A DNA stretch of 64,000 nt from Nemertoderma westbladi. Lineage: Eukaryota > Animalia > Xenacoelomorpha. The translations under genes and the position numbers were made by a program. The notes beneath the pieces were generated by a model that made no database searches, was not told the origin of the DNA, and saw only the letters and a program-made list of their open reading frames with translations. Shown piece after piece: positions 37,521 through 48,900 of the stretch (position 1 is its first letter; each line of letters opens with the position of its first letter). The DNA lies in assembly GCA_032718475.1 (NCBI GenBank), contig JAUCBJ010008715.1, positions 16,025-80,024 of the forward strand. Reading direction: 5' to 3'.

Positions 37521-40500
37521 TTGTTGTGCCCATGGGGTATTGCCCTTGCTGTGCCCATGGGGTACTGCCCTTGTTGTGCCCATGGGGTACTGCCCTGGTT
37601 GTGCCCATGGGGTACTGCCTTTGTTGTGTCCATGGGGTACTGCCCTTCTTGTTGTGCCCATGGGGTACTGTCCTTGTTGTGCCCATGTGGTACTGCCTTT
37701 GTTGTGCCCATGGGTACTGCCCTTCTTGTTGTACCCATGGGGTACTGTCCTTTTTGTGCCCATGGGGTACTGCCCTTCTTGTTGTGCCCATGGGGTGCAG
37801 CCCTTCTTGTTCTGCCCATGGGGTACTGCTCTTGTTGTGCCCATGGGGTACTGCCCTTCTTGTTGTGCCCATGGGGTACTGTCCTTGTTGTGCCCATGGG
37901 GTACTGCCCTTCTTGTTGTGCCCATGGGGTACTGTCCTTGTTGTGCCCATGGGGTACTGCCCTTGTTGTGCCCATAGGGTACTGTCCTTGTTTTGCCCAT
38001 GGGGTACTGCCCTTCTTGTTGTGCCCATGGGGTACTGTCCTTGTTGTGCCCATGGCGTACTGCCCTTCTTGTTGTGCCCATGGGGTACTGTCCTTGTTGT
38101 GCCCATGGGGTATTGGCCTTGCTGTGCCCATGGGGTATTGCCCTTGCTGTGCCCATGGGGTACTGCCCTTGTTGTGCCCATGGGGTACTGCCCTGGTTGT
38201 GCCCATGGGGTACTGCCTTTGTTGTGCCCATGGGGTACTGCCCTTCTTGTTGTGCCCATGGGGTACTGTCCTTGTTGTGCCCATGGGGTACTGCCCTTCT
38301 TGTTGTGCCCATGGGGTACTGTCCTTGTTGTGCCCATGGGGTACTGCCCTTCTTGTTGTGCCCATGGGGTACTGTCCTTGTTGTGCCCATGGGGTATTGG
38401 CCTTGCTGTGCCCATGGGGTATTGCCCTTGCTGTTCCCTGTGGGGTACTGCCCTTGTTGTGCCCATGGGGTACTGCCCTGGTTGTGCCCATGGGGTACTG
38501 CCTTTGTTGTGCCCATGGGGTACTGCCCTTCTTGTTGTGCCCATGGGGTACTGTCCTTGTTGTGCCCATGGGGTACTGCCCTTGTTGTGCCCATGTGGTA
38601 CTGCCTTTGTTGTGCCCATGGGTACTGCCCTTCTTGTTGTACCCATGGGGTACTGTCCTTGTTGTGCCCATGGGGTACTGCCCTTCTTGTTGTGCCCATG
38701 GGGTGCAGCCCTTCTTGTTCTGCCCATGAGGTACTGCTCTTGTTGTGCCCATGGGGTACTGCACTTGTTGTACCCATGGGGTATTGTCCTTGTTGTGCTC
38801 ATGGGGTACTGCCCTTGTTGTGCCCATAGGGTACTGTCCTTGTTTTGCCCATGGGGTACTGCCCTTGTTGTGCCTATGGGGTACTGCCCTTGCTGTGCCC
38901 ATGGGGTACTGCAATTGTTGTGCCCATGGGGTACTGCAATTGTTGTGTTCATGGGGTACTGCCATTGTTGTGCCCATGGGGTACAGCCATTGTTGTGCCC
39001 ATGGGGTACTGCCTTTGTTTTGTCCATGGGGTACTGCCCTTGTTGTGCCCATGGGGAACTGCCTTTGTTTTGCCCATGGGGTGTCTTCCTTGTTGTACCC
39101 ATGGGGTACTGCTCTTGTTGTGCCCATGGGGTACTGCACTTGTTGTACCCATGGGGTATTGTCCTTGTTGTGCTCATGGGGTACTGCCCTTGTTGTGCCA
39201 ATGGGGTACTGCCCTTGCTGTGCCCATGGGGTACTGCAATTGTTGTGCCCATGGGGTACTGCCTTTGTTTTGTCCATGGGGTACTGTCCTTGTTGTGCCC
39301 ATGGGGTACTGCCCTTCTTGTTGTGCCCATGGGGTGCAGCCCTTCTTGTTCTGCCCATGAGGTACTGCTCTTGTTGTGCCCATGGGGTACTGCACTTGTT
39401 GTACCCATGGGGTATTGTCCTTGTTGTGCTCATGGGGTACTGCCCTTGTTGTGCCAATGGGGTACTGCCCTTGTTGTGCCCATGGAGTACTGCCCTTGTT
39501 GTGCCCATAGGGTACTGTCCTTGTTTTGCCCATGGGGTACTGCCCTTGTTGTGCCTATGGGGTACTGCCCTTGCTGTGCCCATGGGGTACTGCAATTGTT
39601 GTGCCCATGGGGTACTGCAATTGTTGTGTTCATGGGGTACTGCCATTGTTGTGCCCATGGGGTACAGCCATTGTTGTGCCCATGGGGTACTGCCTTTGTT
39701 TTGTCCATGGGGTACTGCCCTTGTTGTGCCCATGGGGAACTGCCTTTGTTTTGCCCATGGGGTACCTTCCTTGTTGTACCCATGGGGTACTGCTCTTGTT
39801 GTGCCCATGGGGTACTGCACTTGTTGTACCCATGGGGTATTGTCCTTGTTGTGCTCATGGGGTACTGCCCTTGTTGTGCCAATGGGGTACTGCCCTTGTT
39901 GTGCCCATGGAGTACTGCCCTTGTTGTGCCCATAGGGTACTGTCCTTGTTTTGCCCATGGGGTACTGCCCTTGTTGTGCCAATGGGGTACTGCCCTTGTT
40001 GTGCCCATGGGGTACTGCCCTTGTTGTGCCCATGGGGAACTGCCTTTGTTTTGCCCATGGGGTACCTTCCTTGTTGTACTCATGGGGTACTGCCCTTGTT
40101 GTGCCCATGGGGTACTGCTCTTGTTGTGCCCATGGGGTACTGCACTTGTTGTACCCATGGGGTATTGTCCTTGTTGTGCTCATGGGGTACTGCCCTTGTT
40201 GTGCCAATGGGGTACTGCCCTTGTTGTGCCTATGGAGTACTGCCCTTGTTGTGCCCATAGGGTACTGTCCTTGTTTTGCCCATGGGGTACTGCCCTTGTT
40301 GTGCCTATGGGGTACTGCCCTTGCTGTGCCCATGGGGTACTGCAATTGTTGTGCCCATGGGGTACTGCAATTGTTGTGTTCATGGGGTACTGCCATTGTT
40401 GTGCCCATGGGGTACAGCCATTGTTGTACCCATGGGGTACTGCCTTTGTTTTGTCCATGGGGTACTGCCCTTGTTGTGCCCATGGGGTACTGCCATGGTT

Positions 40501-41945
40501 GTGCCCATGGGGTACTGCCTTTGTTTTGCCCATGGGGTACCTCCCTTGTTGTAGCCATGGGGTACTGCCCTTGTTGTGCCCATGGGGAACTGCCTTTGTT
40601 TTGCCCATGGGGTACTGCCCTTGTTGTGCCCATGGGGTACTGCCATTGTTGTGCCCATGGGGTACTGCCTTTGTTTTGCCCATGGGGTACTGCCCTTGTT
40701 GTGCCCATGGGGTACTGCCATTGTTGTGCCCATGGGGTACTGCCTTTGTTTTGCCCATGGGGTACTGCCCTTGTTGTGCCCATGGGGTACTGCCATTGTT
40801 GTGCCCATGGGGTACTGCCTTTGTTTTGCCCATGGGGTACCTCCCTTGTTGTACCCATGGGGTACTGCCCTTGTTGTGCCCATGGGGAACTGCCTTTGTT
40901 TTGCCCATGGGGTACTGCCATTGTTGTGCCCATGGGGTACTGCCCTTGTTGTGCCCATGGGGTACTGCCATTGTTGTGCCCATGGGGTACTGCCTTTGTT
41001 TTGCCCATGGGGAACCTCCCTTGTTGTAGCCATGGGGTACTGCCCTTGTTGTGCCCATGGGGAACTGCCTTTGTTTTGCCCATGGGGTACTGCCCTTGTT
41101 GTGCCCATGGGGTACTGCCCTTGTTGTGCCCATGGGGTACTGCCCTTGTTGTGCCCATGGGGTACTGCCCTTGCTGTGCCCATGGGGTACTGCAATTGTT
41201 GTGCCCATGGGGAACTGCCTTTGTTTTGCCAATGGGGTACTGCCCTTGTTGTGCCCATGGGGTACTGCCATTGTTGTGCCCATGGGGTACTGCCCTTGTT
41301 GTGCCCATGGGGTACTGCCCTTGTTGTGCCCATGGGGAACTGCCTTTGTTTTGCCCATGGGGTTCCTTCCTTGTTGTACCCATGGGGTACTGCCCTTGTT
41401 GTGCCCATGGGGTACTGCCTTTGTTTTGCCCATGGAGTACCTCCCTTGTTGTAGCCATGGGGTACTGCCCTTGTTGTGCCCATGGGGAACTGCCTTTGTT
41501 TTGCCCATGGGGTACTGCCCTTGTTGTGCCCATGGGGTACTGCCCTTGTTGTGCCCATGGGGTACTGCCATTGTTGTGCCCATGGGGAACTGCCTTTGTT
41601 TTGCCCATGGGGTACTGCCCTTGTTGTGCCCATGGGGTACTGCCCTTGTTGTGCCCATGGGGTACTGCCCTTGTTGTGCCCATGGGGTACTGCCCTTGTT
41701 GAGCCCATGGGGTACTGCCATTGTTGTGCCCATGGGGAACTGCCTTTGTTTTGCCCATGGGGTACTGCCCTTGTTTTGCCCCTGGGTTACTACCCTTGTT
41801 GTGCCCATGGGGTACTGCCTTTGTTTTGCCCATGGGGTACTGCCCTTGTTTTGCCCATGGGGTACTGCCCTTGTTGTGCCCATGGGGTACTGCCTTTGTT
41901 TTGCCCATGGGGTACTGCCCTTGTTGTGCCCATTGGGAATTGTCC
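37521..41945. repeat. 4.4-kb satellite of 25-bp (and 28-bp variant) units
   Basis: ttgttgtgcccatggggtactgccc with palindromic cccatggg core. Confidence 0.97.
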
Positions 41946-42319
41946 TTGATTAATCATCGATATTCTTAAGGGGGACATCGGAGGAGGTTCTAGCTTCTAG
42001 ATTTTCAGACTTTTTTTATATATTTAATTTTTGAGGATTGAAAACGACTAAGTGAGATCTTTTAGTTCAGTCATTGATGTCTGACATTCGACCGCTCTGC
42101 GCTTTTAAATAAATAGGTAACCATTTTCAAAGACCATTTTCTACTTATTACAATAACTGACCAATCATCTCCCAAAGGATAAACTTTTTAAATTTTTGAA
42201 AAAATGATCTTCTTTTGCGGTTTTGACACCTAGATTAATTTTCGGCGCTGTTTCCGAAAATGGCAAAATATATCGAAATTTTTTGGCGTTTGATGGTCTT
42301 TTTTGGTGTCAAATGTGGT

Positions 42320-44141
42320 TATAGAATTATATTCTCTAAATGCCGTGGATTTTCAAAATTTTATTTTATTCGAATTAACTTTGTAAAAGATTGCTTTGAG
42401 TCCTCATTTGTATTTGTTATATCTATTGTACGCCTATTGGTCAAGTGGTTCAGTAGCTCAGTCGGTAGAGCGTTGGAAATTATATGTGTAGTAGGTATTG
42501 AGTTCGAATCCTAGTAAGTGCGAATTATTTTTTGTACAGAATTTCAACTCATTTAAATTGACCGCTACGAATTAATTGCATTTGTCTGTACCAATGAGAC
42601 TGTAGTTATTTGATTGTAACCAATGTCGTGCAAGTTATATATTAGCTGGACCAATAGCTATCTTTAAAAACCTGTTAGAACCTATAGAACAATCGAGAAT
42701 TTTCTCGATTGATTGCAGCACAAATTTGCTATATAAAGGTGCGATTTGTTCATTAGTTATCTCAGTGCAATACCGTTTATTTCAGATTACATTGTACATA
42801 TTATTATAATCTTCTGTAATAAAGTCAGAATTATCGCTAATCTGCCTTTTCTATCTGTTTTACCATGATTCACTACGGTGAACAAACCTAAGGGACAGGA
42901 TGGCCGGCTAGAGATCGGGCCGCAGCAATGAACGGGAACATCGGGGGAATGTAGACAAGAGACAACCCGCAATACCATCTTGAGTTATTCGCCCATCGCC
43001 TGAAAGGTTAGACAGCGTTCGACGCCTTGCTACCTAAGTGTAAGACCAAAAGATCAAAGGTAGAAGTAGTGGCACGCTGTGAGCCTAAAATTACATCTTA
43101 GGGACTGTACTGTCTTGATTCAGGAAAACCCACAGTAGACCTTCATATTCCTACGGGGAGAGGAGAGAGAGAGCAGGCAGATACTAGTACGCAGATAGGA
43201 CGTAGGCACACCGGTACGAAGCATACAAATTGGTAGGGTGCAGCAAACTGTACGCCTAACTCTTGCTAAGTGCAGGTGCGTTTGCGACTATTTGCAGTAC
43301 AACGGTGTCCATTGCATTAGAACTTGTAGGCTAGGAGGGTTGCTGTGTTTTCACCTGAATTGGGATTGTGCCGTTCAGGCGGTAGGGCAGTTTACAGCTA
43401 GGCGCAAATAAATTGAGGCTATTAGGGATACTAACATCTACCGTGTCCCCGCCAACGCCCTAATAGGAAGTTACCCAGCCTACCTAGGTGACTAAAATTC
43501 TAGATAGGACGCCAGGATAGCTATTAGTAACTGTACGCCTACAGTAGTAAACTAACACATCTCTTCTTAGTATCAGGGACCTGGTACCTAAAATTGCCGA
43601 ATTCTGGGCGTAGCATTAACCTTATGCCTGAATTTGAGTCCTGGAAATACGCAAGAGGGGAAGGAACCTTATCATTCGTGAGTATTGGACCTACAAGTTA
43701 CAAAATTAGAATATTCGTAAAATGCACACCGTACCCAGTAATTATATATGTGAAGGAGCAAAACTGTTTTGACCGTTCAGAATTAACACGCGCGTTAGAA
43801 ATTATTTACACCTCAAAATATATAAAATTAACTTTTGTCTGCCTCTGTACCTAGCTAGCGTCCCTTCGCCCAACCATATAAATCACACCACGGCAAAGTA
43901 TACGAGCCCCTTAGTCCGTCAGTGAGTCAGCCTGATTTTAGGATTCGCTGCGCGGGATTTTGTTTTATCGAAGTTTGTCTGCTCGTAGACTGTTTTCTGC
44001 CTCACCGGTTATAAGAGATCGATACTGCAATATATTCGCTTACTTAGAGTTTACTGTTTTGGTGAGAAGGTCGGATTTATGATTTGATTCACAAACTTTA
44101 CAGTAGGATATTGCAGGTATTGTTACCGTCTCTTCCATTTA
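42320..44141 (+). repeat. 5' LTR (1822 bp)
   Basis: Matches 59867-61729 except a 41-bp indel and a few substitutions. Confidence 0.95.
42590..42768 (+). promoter_or_regulatory. LTR Pol II promoter: three CCAAT boxes, TATA box, TCAGT initiator
   Basis: accaat at ~42590, 42619, 42650; ctatataaagg ~42729; tcagt ~42762, about 30 nt after the TATA box. Confidence 0.6.
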
Positions 44142-45000
44142 GTAGGAATATGTTCTACTGAACTACGGTTCGGTAGGACTAAAATTATTTGAAAATTTTG
44201 TATTTTGAGGTAAAAGTTTGTATTTGATTAGCTAAGTGCTAATTTTTTGAAATAAAATTTGATTTGAACCGCGTGTAAAATATTTTGGAATTGAATACCG
44301 GTGTTTAAAAGGGTTTAAATACCATATTGTACCGGTACAAAATTTTCGTAAAGTAAAACCTAACTCTTTTGTTTTTCAGGATTCAGAACTCATTTCTAGA
44401 CTGTAACGGGAGCAAGACCGTGTTTAGCAAGTTTGGGAGATAGATAACCAACAACTTTGGTTGGGAAAATCGCGTTTCGTCCGCAACGCTGGAAACGGAA
44501 AGGTTCACGTTCGGTTTGTATCTGGGAATCTGTTTTTCTGGAGAATTATTGGAGTGGGTGAGTTCGAAAGGTTGCATAAATAAGTTAGGCATTACCGTAT
44601 TAGTTAAAATTATTGTGGGTTCCACTGTCTCAAGTATTTATGCATTCCGTATGATTTCTTTGTTCATTGCTGAATTAGTCCGTATTATTGTATTTAATTT
44701 ACTTTTTGATAACGCATATCGTTATCCGATTTATTTGTTATAAAATTGGCCGCTAGGCTAATTTTATTATATACTTATTCCGTGACATTTATTTGCTGTA
44801 AAATTGGCCGTTTAGGCTAATTTTATCCATCTGCTATAAAATCGGCCGGTAGGCTAATTTTATATGACTGTAATTAGTACCGTTTAGATATAAATACAGT
44901 AAACTCGATACTTTGACACTCACTTTACTTGACTTACAACTACCAAAATGAGTGACAAACAAGACTATACGAAGAATACACAAACCGACTATGACTCATG

Positions 45001-45367
45001 CTGTGACGGGATCATCCGGAGATGAACCCGATTTATCCTGTTTTAGTTCATGCGTCCCCGCCGTGTGAAAGAGTGTAAGTTGAGGTTACTGTTGTTCGTT
45101 ATATTGTGATCTTGAGACGTGATATAGATATAGATATAGATTGATGTTATACACTGACGTTCACAGGTTGACGGGATGACGGTAACTAAAATCCCGTCAA
45201 CCTGTGAACGTCAGTGTATAACATCAATCTATATCTATATCTATATCACGTCTCAAGATCACAATATAACGAACAACAGTAACCTCAACTTACACTCTTT
45301 CACACGGCGGGGACGCGTGAACTAAAACAGGATAAATCGGGTTCATCTCCGGATGATCCCGTCACAG
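45001..45367. repeat. 177-bp near-perfect inverted repeat with 13-nt spacer
   Basis: 45001-45177 is the reverse complement of 45191-45367 (one mismatch seen). Confidence 0.95.
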
Positions 45368-45903
45368 TAACTAAAATCCCGGTACTTCCCTAATTGTAAC
45401 TTACTGTACCACCAGTAACACTGAGATAACTGAGGTAATATGATTACTGCTTACTGGTTATATCGCACGGTGGCCTTATTGCTACTCAATCGGTGCCAGC
45501 CCCCCTCTGATTGGTTGCTACCCTTGTTGGCGCCCTTTGAGGTGTTCCCGTTCACCCCAGCTATTCTCTCCCTTGTCAGGATACTAACCCCTGACCCTTA
45601 TTGTGTGCTTCTCCTTCCCATTCTGTTGGGGAGACACGAGTTGGTTTGGGACCTAATCTCGTGTCCCCCAATGTTGCTTATTGGCTTAACTTTGTGGAGT
45701 ATTGGCGGGATTGATTCGCTAACACATGCGACGGAGATAAGTCAGCAGCGGAAGAACAACAGGGGAAGACTCGCGAGCCTACCGAACCTACACCGTGTGC
45801 GTCACCAGTACATCCAACGGGAGTACCGGATGCCGTAGTACGAGGCGACGGCAGGACCGAGGACTTTCTAACTGTTCCGCAACCTAGATACAGGGAAACG
45901 GAC

Positions 45904-48900
45904 ATGGTAAGTTCAGCAGGAAGCCAGGAGAGTGTGGTTAGAAGCGTCGGCGGATACATGGCGCATATAACCAGGAGTATTGGAGAAGGCCAACGCATAT
46001 TAAACGAGTTGACCACTCCGATGTCTCGATTCGAGTTCTACACCCTCCAGGTTAGAGTACAAAATAGAGTACACAAGTCCGTAGATAACCTAATTGGTCT
46101 ACAAGATCTAGCTAGACAGAGACAGGACATGGATACTCAACTTAGAATCCTCGAGAAACTAATGATCGCTAGAGAGAAACTGATTCAGTTTAAGTCGACG
46201 ATTAGACAGATACAACAGGAACAAGCGGACCAGTTGTTAGGTGAGTCAGTTTCGGACGAATTATTACAACCCGAGGAAGAACAGGAACTGTACCGACTGG
46301 ATGGACAATTGAAACACCTGACGGACCACTTACGCATGTGCGGCGAAGACGTCGGCGATTTGGAAACCGTGCCGGAATATACGAGGGAAACTTCATTCGC
46401 ACAAATCGAATCGGCACCGTGAATACTAAATCAATCGCTGGTAAGTATTCGTAGCGAAATCTGCGAGGGAAGTATGGTCACGTCAGAAGTTGCTCGACAA
46501 CAGCAAGAATTCTACCAACAACAACGAGAGATCGAGGAACAAGCTCAACTTCTAGTGATGCAGGCAGCAGTAGAGGAAGAGAAGCTACGCGTTGCAAATG
46601 TAGCGAGAATCTCTCATCTACAGGAACAAGCTGAATTAGAAGCAGCTGAAGTAGAAAGGTTAGAGGTAGACATCGCCCAACAAACGGCAGCGGTTGATTT
46701 AGCGCAACGAAACGCAGCGGTCGAGTTAGAGCGACAGATGGCAGCGGCTGATTTGGAGCGACGAAACGCAGCGGCTGATTTAGAGCGACGAAATGCAGCG
46801 GCTGATTTAGAGCGACGAAACGCAGCAGCTGATTTAGAGCGACGAAACGCAGCGGCGGAATTAGAGTGAGAAAGATTAGTTTCGGAAGCACGGGCCGAAA
46901 TGAAAACACGGCAAATAAAAGCTCAATCCGCTATACGACAAGCGGAGTTTGAGGCGCAACGACAACAAACGGAACAACGAGAGAAGACAGCTAAACTTCA
47001 TTTCGAACTCGAGAAGAAGGCGAGAGAAGTAGCCGAAGCCAAGGAAAATCTGGATCTTCTAGCCCGCGATAGATCAATGAGATCTCGTGACGGACATGAT
47101 TTGGACCAGTTAGAGGTAAGACATCGCCTAATTCAGGAACGGAAGAAGGAAGGAAGCGTAGGAGCACCCGGACGGGAACGACAATTAGTAAAAGACTTGT
47201 GTCAACGATTCCCACAAGTAACTCCTATGTTTGCACCAATTATGACAAAGAAACCTGTTTCGATTGCGGGTAGTAGTGATATTTCTCCTATCCATGGTGC
47301 GACGGAACACAGGTTTGTTATTCCGGACAAGTTTACACCGCCAAGAGCAACGTCGTCGCCTATTCCAAAAGTCAAGGTAAGTAACCCGCCGATTACGGAT
47401 CGTAGTAGTTTGTTGACTGGACCTGCACTACTGACGACTAAACAGGTGAGTCCACCGTCGACACCTAAACCCGTTACACACTACGCTTACCCAATGACGT
47501 TTCGACCTACAAGGCCGGTAGATTCAAATGCTGTCATTCGCCCACCGGTTCAGTTTACATCGCAATCTACGACTTCGAGGAAGACTTGTGAGCCTACCGA
47601 ACAACGGAGAACAGTGGATACGCGACCGTTCAATCAGTTTACATCGCAATCTACGACTTCGAGGAAGACTTGTGAGCCTACCGAACAACGGAGAACAGTG
47701 AATACGCGACCGTTCAATCAGTTTACATCGCAATCTACAACTTCGAGGAAGACTTGTGAGCCTACCGAACAACGGAGAACAGTGGATACGCGACCGTTCA
47801 ATCAGTTTACATCGCAATCTACGACTTCGAGGAAGACTTGTGAGCCTACCGAACAACGGAGATCAGTGGACGATGTTCCAAAGCGAAACGTTAGAATTCG
47901 TACGACACAACGGACGCGAGCACGTCGACCACCATATCCAGATGATAGTAGTACTTCAAGCGAATCGGATTACCCGAAACGCGAGGTATTTAGAACAGGG
48001 GCGGCCGATGAATATAAACGCGAGCGTTCAGACAACTCCTTTGTAGACAATCCTCCACAGAATACACCAACACCGAAGGCGTTACAACCAACGGACGCAA
48101 TCAGTACACAACAGTTCGCCGACATCCTGCGACCAGTTGTTAACAAGTTGGCTCAGATCGAGGAGCGTCTGGAGGAAGTTCAAACCGATAGTTCGAGGAA
48201 CACTGAATTCGAACACAATAGACACCCGAAGGAACCACAAGGACCGGTACCTTCAAAACACCCATCGTATCAGGGAAAAGCGCCAAGAAGGGATATCAAC
48301 CAGTGTACCAACCAAGGACGCGAAACTCTGAACGTTGCCGAGGAGATAGCGAAATTCGCAGCCAGACAGGGATTGCCGGTACAACAACCACCGAAGTTTT
48401 CCGGTAGTTCAAAACACTGGCACACATTCGTAGACTATATCGAATCTCAGATCGCCGTGTGCGCCTGTACATCACGGGAGAAGTTTAATTACCTGCTTCA
48501 AACGTTGTCAGGAGAACCTAAACGTTTGGCGGAGACCTTCGTTGGTGTACCGGACGCTTTCGAACTAGCGTACGATCGTTTAACTTCGATATATGGAGGT
48601 ACAGTCAGCATGGCCAGGTCAGTAATAGAGGAACTCTGTAAGGGAGGGGCTATCACTAAACCCGTCGACTTATTAAAACTGGCCGACGAGATAAAGAATG
48701 CTATCACTACTTTAAGATCCATTGGACAACTTGACTACGGGAATACCCCTACAGTCCTATTAAAGATCATAGGACGACTCCACCATCGACTTCGTCGGGA
48801 GTGGAGAAAGATCGAATACCAGCGAGAAGAGCGGGGTGGATTCTTAAAACTGGAGGATGTGTACCTTTTAATATCCAGGGAGGCAGTAGTAGAAACTCGA

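Noticed and set aside
37441-41978. Many long ORFs (up to 1468 aa) on both strands
   Set aside because: Artefacts of a stop-poor 25-bp satellite; open in several frames and both strands
45440-45838. 132-aa hydrophobic ORF upstream of gag
   Set aside because: Alternative frame over the degenerate gag 5' region; no recognisable homology
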